From Calcarisporiella thermophila CBS 279.70 (lineage: Eukaryota; Fungi; Calcarisporiellomycota): a DNA stretch of 64,000 nucleotides. The stretch is taken from assembly GCF_041956535.1 (NCBI RefSeq), contig NW_027192196.1, forward strand, positions 328,921 to 392,920. Reading direction: 5' to 3'. The notes beneath the pieces are model-generated. The model searched no databases, was not told where the DNA came from, and saw only the letters and a program-made list of their open reading frames with translations. The position numbers and the translations under genes are program-made. Below, piece after piece: positions 1-13,009 of this stretch. The stretch's first letter is position 1, and the number at the start of each line of letters is the position of its first letter.

Positions 1-3000
1 ATTGCTATGGCGACAGCGTGAGCGGTGGCTCCGATGGATGGGTCGTCGCCGTCATTCCTATGAGCCAGTAGCACTTTCCGATGAAGAGGATGCCGGTGAT
101 ATTCGAGGTCCGCAGCTGGTCGATCCCTATAGTCTTCCTAAGCGCTACTGGCTCAACTCCGTCATCCAAGACTGGTTTTATCGCCTCGGGTACGTATGCG
201 CCGAGCACCCTATTTGCACCATATTGATTAGCTTGGCATTTGTATCACTTTGCTCGGTGGGGTGGGTGCGTTTCGGGATTGAGCGTGATCCAGTGCACTT
301 ATGGGTGCCGCCCAACTCTCCTTCTTTACAACAGAAAACGTTTTTCGACGAGAATTTTGGTCCCTTCTATCGAACTACCCAGCTGATTATCACCTCGAAG
401 ACACCAAACTCAACAGTCATCACCGAAACCAACCTGAGGCATTTGTTTGAGCTAGAGAAAAAGATCCGCACACTTCCCTCGCATCCCAACAACTACACCC
501 TCCAAGATGTTTGTTTCCATCCCACTGGCCCAAATTGCGTGGTTGAGTCCGTAACTGGTTACTGGCAAGGGGATCCTGACAATTTCAACTCTGACTCTTG
601 GAGGGATGATTTAATGTCGTGTGCACAGCAGCCAACTTATTGTCTCCCTGATTTCCAGCAGCCACTCAAGCCCGATCTGATACTGGGCGGGTTTGAAAAT
701 GATAACTATTTGGAGTCGCGTGCAGTAATTTCGACCTTTGTGCTGAGAAATTCGTTGAATGCGACTGAAATTGCACGGGCGGCGGAATGGGAGCGGACCA
801 TGATAGCTTTTTTGAAAGAGGCGGAGACGAAGGAAGGATGGCCGGATGTTCATATCAGTTTTTCAACCGAGGTAAACAATTCCTCCTTGCACACCATTTT
901 TATTACCGACGAGAAAAGCGAATACTAATACCTATCTCTATATTTGTGTATATCACTAGTCTTCACTCGAAATTGAACTTAACAAATCTAGCAATACGGA
1001 TGCACTCACTATTATTATTTCATATTTCGTCATGTTCCTTTACGCTTCCCTTGCCCTAGGCAAACTCTCTACCTCTCTACGATACCCGACACGACTGGTC
1101 ATCGATTCCAAGTTTTTACTTGCCCTTGGCGGCATATTTATCGTTATTGCTTCGGTATGCGCATCGGTTGGTGTCTTCTCGCTGATCGGACGAAAGACGA
1201 CGCTGATCATCGCGGAAGTGATACCGTTTTTAGCGCTGGCAGTAGGAGTGGATAATATTTTCATTCTTTGTAATGAGTTTGAGCGTCGACGACACGAAGA
1301 GGCCATTGAAGAACGAGCGGCAAAAACTCTTGCTAGGATGGGCCCAAGTATATTGTTGAGCGCATTAAGCGAAACAATTGCCTTTGGCCTCGGGAGCTTG
1401 GTGACCATGCCCGCAGTGAGCTCGTTTGCCGCGGTGGCCGCACTTGCCGTGTGGATTGATTTCGTGCTGCAGGTGACGATGTTCGTGGCATTTTTGGTTT
1501 TGGATGCTCGGCGCGCAGAGGACGATCGAATTGACTGCTTCCCCTGTCTGAGGCTGCATGATGTGTCCCAACCAGACGAAGAGGCTGAAGGCTTGTTGCA
1601 AAGTTGGACACGAAAATACTACGCGCCTCTGGTTTTACATCCCACCCTGAAGCTTGGCATTGCAGTAGTGTTTTTGGGCTTTTTCCTAATCGGATTGGCA
1701 CTTGTGCCTAAAATTGAGCTTGGACTTGGTAAGTTAGCTAACGGCCTTTTGCTTCGCCCCTAAAGTTCATCTCATGACTCTGTTTCTGATTATAGAGCAA
1801 CGCCTGGCGCTGCCAAGTGATTCATATCTGGTTGATTACTTCAATAATCTGGACAGCTATTTCCGGGTTGGCCCACCTGTCTATTTTATTGCACAGAATG
1901 TGAATACGACGTCTCGTGCCGGCCAGCAGGCTCTCTGTGGTCGTTTCTCCACATGTGACCCGTACTCGTTGGCAAATATTTTAGAGCAAGAGCGCAAGCG
2001 CCCCAATCTGTCCTATATTGCTGAGCCAACTTCGGTGTGGATCGACGATTTCCTTCACTGGCTCAACCCGACCCTTGACATGTGTTGCAGATTTAAGAAA
2101 CAGAGCCAAGGCGGATCACACAAGGAGCTATGTGCACCCGAGGAGGATGAATCCTCTTGTGACGTTTGTTTCGCAAACAGACAGCCCGTGTGGAATATAA
2201 CCATGGACGGGCTCCCGGAGGGCAACGAGTTCCTAATGTATCTCGATTACTGGTTAGAGGCGCCAACGGACGAGACATGCCCGCTGGCAGGAAAGGCAGC
2301 CTATGGAAATGCTGTGGTGAAGGACCCTCAGCACACGACCATCAAAGCCTCAAGTTTCCGCACCTATCACACACCGCTCCGAGCACAGCACGAGTACATC
2401 GGTGCGTATCATGCCGCACATCGGATCGCCGCCGATATCTCGAAGAGTACTGGCGCCGATGTCTTCCCCTACTCGGTGTACTATGTCTTCTTTGAACAAT
2501 ATAGTTATATTGTTCGCATGTCAGCAGAAATTCTGGGCACGGCCATTGGCACGATTTTCCTGATTACCACCGCAATGCTGGGCAATGTAAATGCTGGCTT
2601 TGTTGTCATGGGCGTGGTGTGTATGATCCTCGCCGATACTCTGGGTGTGATGGTGCTCTGGGGTGTACCGCTTAACGCTGTCAGCCTTGTCAATTTGGTG
2701 ATTTGCGTCGGGATTAGCGTTGAGTTTTGTTGCCACATCGCGAGAGCGTTTGTGGTCAACACAGGCAATCGCGACCAGCGCGCGTTTAAAGCCCTCATTG
2801 ATGTTGGCAGCTCGGTCTTTTCTGGCATCACACTGACCAAATTTTCCGGGGTGATAGTCCTGGCGTTCACACGGTCAAAGATATTTGAGGTGTTCTACTT
2901 CAGGATGTACTTGACTATCGTGGTGGTTGGTGCACTGCATGGACTGGTGCTCTTGCCGGTGTTGTTAAGTTGGTGGGGCGGGGAAGGAGGAATTGGAGTT

Positions 3001-3102
3001 CTCGCGGATGAGGACTATGCGAGGATGGCCGATTGGCCAAGCTTGGGGAGAAGAGGAATGCTAATAGATGAGGAGGACGAAGAGGATGAAAACGAGCTGT
3101 AA
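1..3102 (+). CDS. NCR1: Niemann-Pick C1-like sterol transporter (5' end outside window); introns 872-959 and 1729-1795
   Basis: Motifs 'DPVHLW', 'FDENFGPFYRTTQLI', sterol-sensing domain 'IIAEVIPFLALAVGVDNIF', 'GPPVYF' and 'SVFSGITLTKF'. GT-AG introns join the three ORFs in frame (STE|SSLEIEL; LGL|EQRLALP). Confidence 0.96.
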
Positions 3103-3378
3103 TTAGACCTCTCTCGATTCCACCCATTTTTTATATCTATTGCTTTTTTTTTGTTTCCTACAGACGCTTTATACTTTTTCTTCACGTGTTTCCACGGCCA
3201 ACTTCTTAACCAGCTTTTGTACAGTGTCTTTAATAATACACCTTATTCTCTATAATAGTTAATAGTTAAAAAGCTGCAAGATGATATGTATAACAATATT
3301 GACACAGTCAAATGCAAAAAAAAAAAACCATGGTAGTGGTCAATAAAACAAGTTGCTAGACATTACACCAAAACGAGA

Positions 3379-4146
3379 TCAAAACACGCCGCACATCCTT
3401 AAGAATGCCTCAAGGGTATAGTGTGCATCGTTTCCCGCATTATGGAGATAAGAAACTTCCTCAAGCCCCAATTCTTGGAGCATATTGATAAGCGAGATGC
3501 GGCCATGGCCAAATCGGTTCCTCCAGGCAGAGAATAGATCAGCAGTATCGAAGCAAATGAGTTCATCTCCTGTCCCCCTTGGATTATCCCAGCATGGTTT
3601 AGCAGGCAATATCACGCCCACATTTTCCATGTACTTTAGGTCCCCCGTTATATCATGGCCTACCAAAATGACAGGCACTTGCCCTCCAAGAGAAAATGCT
3701 TCGAAATCCCGCTCTAGCTCTTGAATAACTATTCGCAACGGTGCGACAACGGAAGTCCCAAACCTAAACTGATACTTGTTGTCTGCAACCCACCGACCAT
3801 TTCGCAATGTTTTGTACTCTGCAACCACAAAATGACGATCCATGAAGCAATACGTCGGTATGGGGCTATGTGGGTTGTATATGGACCATCCGAATTCGGT
3901 AACAAGAGAATGGTCTTGTTCCCAGGATTCAATATCAATAGAGATTACGACAGGTTGCCGTTGTGTAGATGAGGCAGCGACTGCTTTGGTGAGCTGTTGA
4001 GCAAGTGCAAGTCGCGACTGCAATGTATTGACACGTCTCGCTTGTTTCCGGATCTGGCGCATTTTCTTCAATTCTTTCTTATGTTGTTTCAGCTCCTCCC
4101 TGCTTTTGGGGCCATCTGCTCCCAAATTCTTTGATTCTGAGCTCAT
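3379..4146 (-). CDS. GFD2/YDR514C-like DEDDh exonuclease-fold protein, intronless
   Basis: 'ISIDIESWE', 'LVGHDITGDL', 'FDTADL' and 'LHNAGNDAHYTL' are the DEDDh motifs typical of the Gfd2 family. Confidence 0.85.
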   Translation of the reverse strand: MSSESKNLGADGPKSREELKQHKKELKKMRQIRKQARRVNTLQSRLALAQQLTKAVAASSTQRQPVVISIDIESWEQDHSLVTEFGWSIYNPHSPIPTYCFMDRHFVVAEYKTLRNGRWVADNKYQFRFGTSVVAPLRIVIQELERDFEAFSLGGQVPVILVGHDITGDLKYMENVGVILPAKPCWDNPRGTGDELICFDTADLFSAWRNRFGHGRISLINMLQELGLEEVSYLHNAGNDAHYTLEAFLRMCGVF

Positions 4147-4338
4147 GATGTCACTAAATGGTCACTGTGCAAGCCCAATTTTCTAGGAAGAAGGTGACAA
4201 TGGAGGCAAATATTTTAATACAATACTCTAGGAAATGCTAGATTCGGTGTGATGGATTGTGACTTGGAGAGCGTGACTGTTCTTAAAGAGGATAAAATAG
4301 AAATTGCTCACAAAGTAGGATATTGTAGGTGGAGGAAT

Positions 4339-4958
4339 ATGATGCCTTCTGTGCAGAATCCGTTGGACTCGGAAACACTTTTCACTACGATTTTAGATGA
4401 TATACGCTCTACTAGACAATGTAAATCTTAACATTTTTCTCCTTAAACTTTACCCATTTTTACTAACGATTTCTTGGTAGTGACAAGGCAGCATTACCTA
4501 TCCCTCTTTCTCCTCTTTCGCCGCCCAAGCATCGCTGCTCTTGATATCCTCGACAAGAAACAAGGTACGTTCTCCAATTGAGTTGAATTGAATATATTTA
4601 GTTAATAATTTGATCCTCTATCTTGAAATCCAGTGTCAAAACTCCATTCACCTTCAGGCCGCCAAATTTTTCAAGTTCATTCACAAAAAGCGCTTTATTT
4701 TTGTATGCTTGATACACGATATTGTACTTGCCCAGGATTCTTAGCTTCTGGTAAATAGCCATGGTTAACCATTTCATTGACTGGCTCTTTCTTAACTCAG
4801 CTTATTTATAAGCAATATGCCAGCGCAATGTCCTCATGTGCAAACATATCTTAGCATGTTATATTGCAGATAGCCTATGCTGTGCAGAGGAAAAGGCTGT
4901 GGGTGAACGAGAAATGGCAGAACTAATGGTGGAAAAAATCCATTTAGACTCGCGCTAG
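4339..4958 (+). CDS. SWS1: SWIM zinc-finger protein Sws1/ZSWIM7 (Shu complex); 4 exons, not visible as one ORF in the track
   Basis: Manual splicing gives MMPSVQ...LTRQHYLSLFLLFRRPSIAALDILDKKQVSKLHSPSGRQIFQV...YCTCPGF...MCKHILACYIA, with the SWIM CxC..CxH signature and the ZSWIM7 'AALDILD/SGR' segment. TACTAAC branch at ~4461. Confidence 0.88.
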
Positions 4959-5333
4959 GTCTCCGCCTTTCGATTCCTCGGGCAGAATGCTGTTAAATTA
5001 TTTGTACAATATGTATTTGTATCCCTCATTAAAAACTAGAGATGTGGATAGGGACCTATAGTGCATAAGTGAACCTTAATCAAACTGGAAAGTTTTGGCC
5101 AGAAAATCTGAATCCACTGAAGCTCTTCTCGTATTATTGTATGTAATGGAGGTATATGCAATATGCAATTGATATTTGTTAATTTAGTCGCAACTTCAAC
5201 AATATATTCACAAGAAGCGTGAAATAAAGAGTAAATAATGTAGGGGAATGAAATAAGCATCTATGAATTTCAACAAGTTCAAAGAAAAATTGTAAAGGAA
5301 AAAATTTACAGTAATACCTCACACTTTCTAGAC

Positions 5334-6761
5334 CTATTGAAAAACCCGTACTCGCTTCTCAAGTAACTTTTCCTCCTCCTTCCCATGCCTCTTTTCTACC
5401 TTTGAAGGAGGCGAAGTTGAGGATATTGATGGAGACGATGGGAACCACGGGACGGAACCATTCGGATAGAGGGTAGCAAGATCAACACGCACGACACTCT
5501 TTCTTGAATTTCCCTACAGTGGATTTGGTTGAATCAGTGAGATAATCAGCGAATGCTCGCGAAGAGCGAAATCCAGCTTGATATACCGATTCGCTACTCC
5601 TTTTTGATGTACTGTGTGCTGGTCTTACAGTGATGTTATTCATGGAGCCTTGATTGCTCTGTGGTTTTAGCCGGATGATAGACGTAGAGACGGGAGAGGA
5701 GATTTTGGCAGAAGTGGATGAAAAGGAGTATGCAGGAGAAGAAGAAGAGCAAGCGGGAGATCGAGGCTGAGGGGTCCAGAAGCTCCCACAACTATATATA
5801 AACAGAGTATGAGATAGCATCCCGTTGAGCCAAAGAAATGTTCTTTATGATTACATCTTCTTGGCTTCCCTTCGAGCCTTGTCCATTAGTGATTTTGGCT
5901 TTGGTTGGGCTTATAGAAACGTAGAAATATAACAATTAAGGACACGCCGATAAAGACAAAAAGTCAAGAACAATTACCTTTGCTAATCACTTTTTCCGAT
6001 TTTCGAATTAGACTAGGCGTGCTGGCAGTGATTTTCAACTGCTTCCGCCGACGTTCTTCCTCCAGTTTTTTGTACTTGTCACGCAATTTTGCACCCACTT
6101 CCTGCATTTTCTTTTCTTTTTCATTCTCGCAAGACTTCAGAATCCAATAGAGATGCTGTCAATTGAAGTCCATTCTTATTTATATAGTAAGGCTTTTCAA
6201 TTACCAGGAATAACTTGCGCCAAGACGAAATTTTCCCCAATTCTCCACGAATGTATTTTTCCCGCACCTCACGAAAATTCTCTAAGCAGTGTTTTTCCCA
6301 CAAATCTGATGTGAAAGTAGAAAGAGTGAGTTTTCTCATTACCACCGAACACTAGGAAGAATGGGTAAAATACAAACATACAATCAGTATCTGCGGGTTT
6401 AAACCTTTCCTACAATTCATTGGAGGGTGAGCTCATATTATGGAAAAAGCCAGGAGCACCATTTAATCGAAATCAAAATAAAAACCTTGTTATGTTGCTC
6501 AATAATTGTAAGCTGGCGCGGTGTAGCCATCTTGAGTATCGGCTCCAACAGTCGCCATGGCACATCACCTACATCGGAGAGCACTATTTAAGAGGGTAGT
6601 TAGGTAGTGATATATTGCAATTTCTATATATACATCAGTTTCAAGTGAAATGTTGCTTTCTAAGCAAACTTACTATCTAAATTCTTAATAATTGCATTTT
6701 GACACAGTTTGGTAAGCGAGGGAACTGGTCGTGGCATTTGGCCAGAATACATTTCCCGCAT
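5334..6761 (-). CDS. ELA1: Elongin A (Pol II elongation / Cul3 adaptor), multi-exon
   Basis: BC-box 'VPSLTKLCQNAI', 'DVGDVPWRLLEPIL', 'TSDLWEKHCLENF', 'SWRKLF' and 'KSLMDKARREA'. The last exon is inferred from a GTATAT..CTGTAG intron. Confidence 0.85.
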
Positions 6762-7385
6762 GGTTATAATGACTTTTGAGGAGCCAAAAATGAACAGCAA
6801 ATCCACGGCCAGAAATTGATAGTGGGGCAACTTTGTTAAAATCTCAAATTTGAATCAATAATTTACTCTAATATTGACTACTTCTACGTATGAAATTCGA
6901 CAGAAGACTGATAAATTCCAGGTAATACCAAGAAAAAAAAGATGTCGGCTCACTAATTGATTCAATAATTTTTAAAAGCGTGTTTACCAAGTCCATTAGA
7001 CTCAAATCCAAATCTCCGTTGACTTTAACTTATTTGAATGAATGCTTAACAATCAATATCTATCATATCACCTTCAAAAAAGTAAAGTTTCCAACTCTTT
7101 GCGTTTCAAAAACACGGCCTAATAACCCAATATAAAATTTTCAATGGCAACATTTCAGAGAGCATAGGCTAAACCAAAGGGTAGCTCTTCATCTGCTTCA
7201 CTTTTCTCCTACTCTCATCATTTTATGATAATATAAAAAAGTATCATTGAGTACTAGAATTTCCAAGCCACACCTTATATTTCTGGTCATAGAGAAAACT
7301 ATTCAATCTTGACAATCATTGCTCCTGCATATATCCCCTTCTTGATCGTATACATTAAATAGAATATACAACAGAGCTTTCAGCC

Positions 7386-8242
7386 ATGGCTTCCACACTC
7401 GAAGTCCCCTCAAACACCGCTACACATTCACCGCATTCATCACACACGCCAACACAGAAACACCCCACACACTCTTCTCCTAAGAATGCCAGCTCCTCAA
7501 ATTCTAGTGACAAACGACGTCAACCACGACGTGGAACAAAAACACAACCGCCTGCTGATTCGAGTCCAACATCAAGACCTCGATCCTCTAAACCTCGCAA
7601 TCAACGCCCTATATCTTCTCCAGGTTCCCAAAGGAAAACAGAAGATCCATATGCACCCACACAATTCATTTGTATCGAGAGCGCAATTGAGCCGCTCCGT
7701 TCCGTTGTAGAAGAAGGGGGAACGGGGAAAACTGTGGTGGTTAACGGAAATGATGTGTTTGTAGGCTGGGTACTTATCCGATCAACCCTAATCTTAAATT
7801 TTAGATTAATGTCTCTGTTTTATCAGGTCGAGAGATCATTAAAGCAATTCGAGGAGGTCGTGCTCGTTGGTGTTGATCAGGGAATTGCGGTAGTTGTCTC
7901 TATCGTTACCATGCTTCAAATAGCTGATATAGCGTATCATCATGGCAAGTATCTGATGCATAGGAGGAATATGATAGAATTAGCAGACATAACACTAATC
8001 ATGATTTTACAGAAGTGGAAACATTTACCACGGAGGAAACAAAGGGTTCCTACAAGTCCTGTATACAATTCCGCCTGCATCGCGGTTCTGCTCTCGAGAA
8101 TGAACTTGCTCAGACACGCAAGCTTTCATTAATATCGTCCGCATCTACTTCCTCGACCCCACCTGGAAAGAAAGAGGTAATCTCGCATAAGCATTTGCTG
8201 CCTGTTCCAACACCGACCTGGGTACGTTCGGAGGGCCGATAG
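7386..8242 (+). CDS. Protein with a low-complexity N-terminus and a C-terminal Alba-like fold; introns ~7770-7826 and GC-AG 7945-8012
   Basis: The spliced product 'VVVNGNDVFVGWVERSLKQFEEVVLVGVDQGIAVVVSIVTMLQ...EVETFTTEETKGSYKSCIQFRLHR' follows the Alba beta-alpha-beta-alpha-beta-beta pattern. Confidence 0.55.
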
Positions 8243-8411
8243 CCATCCGAATGCTTCAGCAATCATACATTGTAATATTATTGGTGCGTGTTCTTTTTGT
8301 AAAGGGCAGTGGAGCCGTATTTATAGTTTTGACAAAATTAAAAAGAGTCGTGCTTGGTATGAGAAGCAATGGCTTTTATATTATTTACACATAAAAGAAC
8401 TCTAAATATTT

Positions 8412-9280
8412 TCACATTCTATTGATAAGTTCCCTCACCATTTCCTGACATTCTTTCCGGCTCAAATATTCGGAATTCCGTACCGCATTCGCCAGCAGCA
8501 CTGTATGTTTTGGGGATGCGGTATTGATCCAGACTCTCCCGTTGATCCCTACTGCTATTTCAAAGGGAAAGTGAGGAGCAAGTGCGTTAAGAATGGGGGT
8601 TTCGGGGTCTAAGAGGCGACGGCATAGACCGAGGGAGCAATGGATCACGAATCCGTCCTTGAGTTCTCCATAGCCATCAGCACGCTGTGTTTGCGGATTT
8701 ATACATTCAAGCTCTGGCTCCATATGTTTGTTGGCCAGGGATACGCGAGCATAGAGAAGTGAGCCCACCTAATAGCCAATGAGCACATATGTTTAATAAA
8801 ATCTTCTGCAAAGTATATTGTGTGATATCACCTTTAAATTGGGCCGATTTCTTTTGGTTGCACCCTCAAAGGCTAGCACAGGAAGCAGTGCCTGGTGCGC
8901 GGAGCCAATGTCAACCTTGTAGTAATCGCTTAAGCGTGCTGTGACTACACCTATTACACTTTCCCCCACGGATGGAACATACTTAAGAAGGAAAATTAAA
9001 AGAACTCTATTATATTTCATAAAATATGTCATAGCCAATCTGTCTGGAGTCTCACCCGTTTCTGATTGTTGTCCAGCCACCACCGATTCCCAGCTTCTCG
9101 GTGATGCAGTACGCCGGCCTTGATAGCAATTATTTGTTCCTGGTTTTGTAAAAGACCAGGACCTAGCCGTACAACTTTCTCTTCTGAATCGTCTTCCATT
9201 GCGTCGTCATCGGGCCGAAGAGTAGTGGGAAGAGTATCGCCTGGTAACACGATTTTTGTATAATCTTTCTTGTCTGTCAT
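8412..9280 (-). CDS. RRP40: Exosome cap subunit Rrp40, 3 exons
   Basis: 'LGPGL', 'YVPSVGESVIGVV', 'AFEGATKRNRPNL' and 'FEIAVGINGRVWI'. Confidence 0.95.
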
Positions 9281-9412
9281 GGTCTTCGAATTAATACTGT
9301 GAAGTGAAAACAAAATAGGTTCATTTTCTTAAAAAAAATCTCGTGGCTTGGCCCAAGGCCAAATCCATAGAGAACGAAATTGTGAAATATTATAACGAAC
9401 AATATTTAGAAA

Positions 9413-10452
9413 ATGCCTTTTTCATTCCATAGTCATTCCGGCCAATTCTGCCGGCATGCCAAAGGCACTCTCGAGGAGGTAGTTCTTGCAGCTATCCAAA
9501 AAGGATTCCGCGTCTATGGCTTGACAGAGCATGTACCACGCTACCGGACCTGCGACCTTTATCCTGAGGAGGTTGAGGTACTTTTACTCATTTTGCAGCA
9601 ACCATTTCTATGTTCGACTTGATTAATAACACATCGATTTGCGTTAATTGCTGGCGTAGGCTGATATGACGGTAGAAGACTTGGAGAAAACCTTTGAGGA
9701 ATTTGTGACGGAGGCCCGTCGTCTTCGCGATAAGTATAGAGAGAAAATTACGCTTCTAATTGGAGCCGAGACAGAATATATCGTCCCAGAAGATGCAAAA
9801 AAGAGTAACCATCTCAAACATGTGTACTCCCTTGATTATCTTGTTGGTTCGGTTCACCATATTCAGGAGATCCCTCTAGATTTTGACCTTGACACCTTTG
9901 AGCGCTGTCTCCAAGCGTTTGACCACGACAACGAGAAGCTGATAGCTGCTTACTTTGATGCTCAATATGAAATGCTATACCATACACGTCCCTTGGTAGT
10001 AGGACACATTGATCTAGTGCGGCTTTGGCGGAGTCATTGGAGATTTGAGGAAGAGAATTGGAAAAGGGTGGAGAGAAATATCGATTTTGTCATAGGATAT
10101 GGCGGCATCTTTGAAATTAATTCGAGAGCATGGAAAAAGGGTTTACCAGATGCATATCCCTTCCGAGACGTACTAAAGGTAACCACCCATCCTACGCCAA
10201 CTATATCGCTAGTTTCTAATATCTGGGAACAACCAGTGTATTCTCGAAAAGGGAGGTAGGATAACGATATCAGACGACTCGCATGGACCAGGAGATGTCG
10301 GCATGCACTATGATAAACTTTTCACGTACCTCAAGGAAATGGGTATCAATTCAATCCATTATCTCAATCTGAACAAGGAGGGAAAGACAGTGATACAAGA
10401 ATTAACAAACTTGGATGGGGATGCTTTTTGGACAAAGCTCGCTCAATGGTGA
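9413..10452 (+). CDS. HIS2: Histidinol-phosphatase (PHP family), 3 exons
   Basis: 'SFHSHSGQFCRHA', 'GLTEHVPR', 'YLVGSVHH', 'VVGHIDL' and 'SDDSHG'. Confidence 0.93.
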
Positions 10453-10547
10453 GCTACTATAGCTGTGAACCGTAGACAAGTTTCCAGTAGCTTGGCTTAA
10501 TATAGAATCCCTTTCTCCTTAAAGACAATAAATATATAATTATATAT

Positions 10548-11766
10548 TTATATTCCACTTTGAATTAAACTCTGTACAAGCGGCCACAACTGTTTGCGTG
10601 AGGTCTTAATATTCCTTTGGCGATAGAACTTCATCCTGCCGGTCTTCCCCGTCATCACCTGTTGTGCCGCCTGGTTCAGCTCTTCGTACCCTTCACTTGT
10701 GAGATCCAATTCTGCTTTTTCTTCCAAACGCTCCAGCACCCCGTCCATTTCCGATTCTATAGGGAACACCACCAACTCCCGCTGGAACACACCATCTTTC
10801 TCGCAGGCCGTCATCGCTAGGTATAAGCGCAGATGGCGAGAAAAAGCGTAAGATTCAATACTGGTTACCACACTTTCGCACCCATCTCGCAACGTCCACG
10901 CGGTAAGGTCCCAACTGACACTTGAAATCCCCACTCCCTCAACATCCCACTGCTTATAATCTTTCCTTAAAAGATCCCAGGTCGATAAGTGGTCGACTTT
11001 CAACCTGGCTTTTTGTAAATCAGAATACGTGTCAATGGCTACTAGTTTTTTCTCTTCCATAGGGGCAGATCCCAAAAGGATCGAGAAAAGGAAATCGGCC
11101 GCTTGTTGGTCGAGAGATGTTGCTCTACCGAACTTGGGTTCAAGATTAACCGTGTCGACGAGAAGAGGCGCTAACATAAGCTTTGCCAATTCTTTGCTCC
11201 ACTCATTATCCATCTGCATTTTCCATCGTTCCAAGAATTGTAGGACAACGAGTGTCACACAGCTCCCCACCATCTCAATTCTACGCAAGGACACATCAAG
11301 ATAAAGGCCTTCATCTACGTGATGATCCAGAATTCCAACTACTCTGCCATTGATTATGTTATTGTCACGATTGTGGTCCAGAAGTACAGTGTATGGGTTA
11401 GAGGGTATAAGCCCAAGGTCGTCCAGCGTGAAGAGGGACTGCAGATAAGGTTGAAGTACGTGGACGCATTCAGGGCGAAGCAGTACGTCAGCACGAGGTA
11501 TGCTTACAACAGGGATATACAGAGCTTCACTAATGGCAGAGCATGAACAGTCAGGAAACCTACTGGAGAGATAAGCAAAGCCAAGAGAGGATATCATCGA
11601 ATCGAGATCTATAAGCAGACAATTAGACGCGTCAATAATAGCCAATGAGAGCCATTACGAACGCACCAGCAGATTCATTGCCGACGCATACAACGGCAGT
11701 AACATTGCTTTCGGGCTGCTGGAGTCTTGAACGTATTGAGGTAAGATATCTATTTATCTCTGACAT
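10548..11766 (-). CDS. PPX1: Exopolyphosphatase (DHH/prune family), 2 exons
   Basis: 'GNESA|DLDS', 'LLDHN', 'ILDHH', 'VGSC', 'LRKDYKQW' and 'SRKQ'. Confidence 0.92.
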
Positions 11767-11968
11767 TTCGAATACCACCACGTTGTTTGCGCGTTCAATG
11801 GGTGTGACTTAACCCCACTGTATTTATAAATTCCGATAATATCAATATATTTAAATTATGGGCTTTATGTATATATTGCGAATGTATTAAAGGTAGGTGA
11901 ATAGCAATATGAGTGTCATAAAAAGAAGGGTTAAAACGCTACACGCTGTCTATTCTGTATAGATCATT

Positions 11969-12721
11969 CTAGAGCCTATGGCATGACCGCAAGAGCTCCG
12001 AAACAGGAACATCTAGCCATAGAAATTCTACGCCCAACTCGCCATGGACTGATAGCATGCGATAGCCCAGCTTAACGTCCTCGTAAAAGCCCCATGTCAT
12101 GCTTTTAGTACAACCAAGCTCTTCATCCGGTGGCGGCGGCATATTCCTTCGTATTCTAAAATAGCGCAAACATTGAAGAATGGATTAATATCAATATAGC
12201 AAACTGATGTTATATACAAAAAAAAATGGGTATGCACCTTCTTCGCACAATAATTCTGGACCATGTAGGAGTTTTACACTGTGATTTAACGGCAATGTCG
12301 ATGTAGCACCATTGCTTTCCCCTATATAGGTGTGTGTCGGGGTGACAATGCACGAAATGGGCCGTATTCCCCAGCGTATTTTCACGCGCTCCGAGCCGAA
12401 AACGTACAGAGGTATCGGAATAGATATATTCAATAGGGGGAAGTGCTCGCATCTCCATGTAATGAACACGTGTTAAAATCATAAGCTGATAAGACATTTT
12501 ATTAGCTAAGCCTATGGATGAAAAGGAACGCTAAAGCAGTTATTGATGTTTACCTCAACACCTATCTCACCCTTGGTTAACATCTGCCTGATGCCAGAGA
12601 CTACCACTTGTTCTGCAACCTCTCTCCATCTTCTGCACACTCCGCGCATCTTCCACGCATCGAGCGGGCCAAGATTAAAAAGTATGTGGAAGATTAACTC
12701 TGGGGGTAGAGAAGATTCCAT
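11969..12721 (-). CDS. F-box protein, 3 exons
   Basis: N-terminal 'SSLPPELIFHILFNLGPLDAWKMRGVCRRWREVAE' is an F-box. GT-AG introns join the three ORFs in frame. Confidence 0.8.
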
Positions 12722-13009
12722 TATTCTGAAGAATCAGTGATAATTTATAGCGCTACATCCTCATGAATCAATTCGGTTTTATAAAAGAATAGGGATTCTT
12801 GTCCTCGGGTCACAGAGAGTGACTGTCAGTTGAAATGTCAAGTGAGTGAAAAAAATACGGTCATGAAAAGTGATTTGAGACGTCGAATTTTATGGGGATG
12901 TAATTTCTAAAAGTTCCAATTAATATGACTCCATGATATTGAGATTTTCTTGGAAAATGGCAAAGTTACATAAAATTTATGATGCTTATATTGAAATATA
13001 TACGGAGAT

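Noticed and set aside
5482-5500. 'CRAC-TGA-SC' as a possible selenocysteine readthrough in Elongin A
   Set aside because: A GTATAT...CTGTAG intron shifts to another frame ending at 5334, and no SECIS was recognised.
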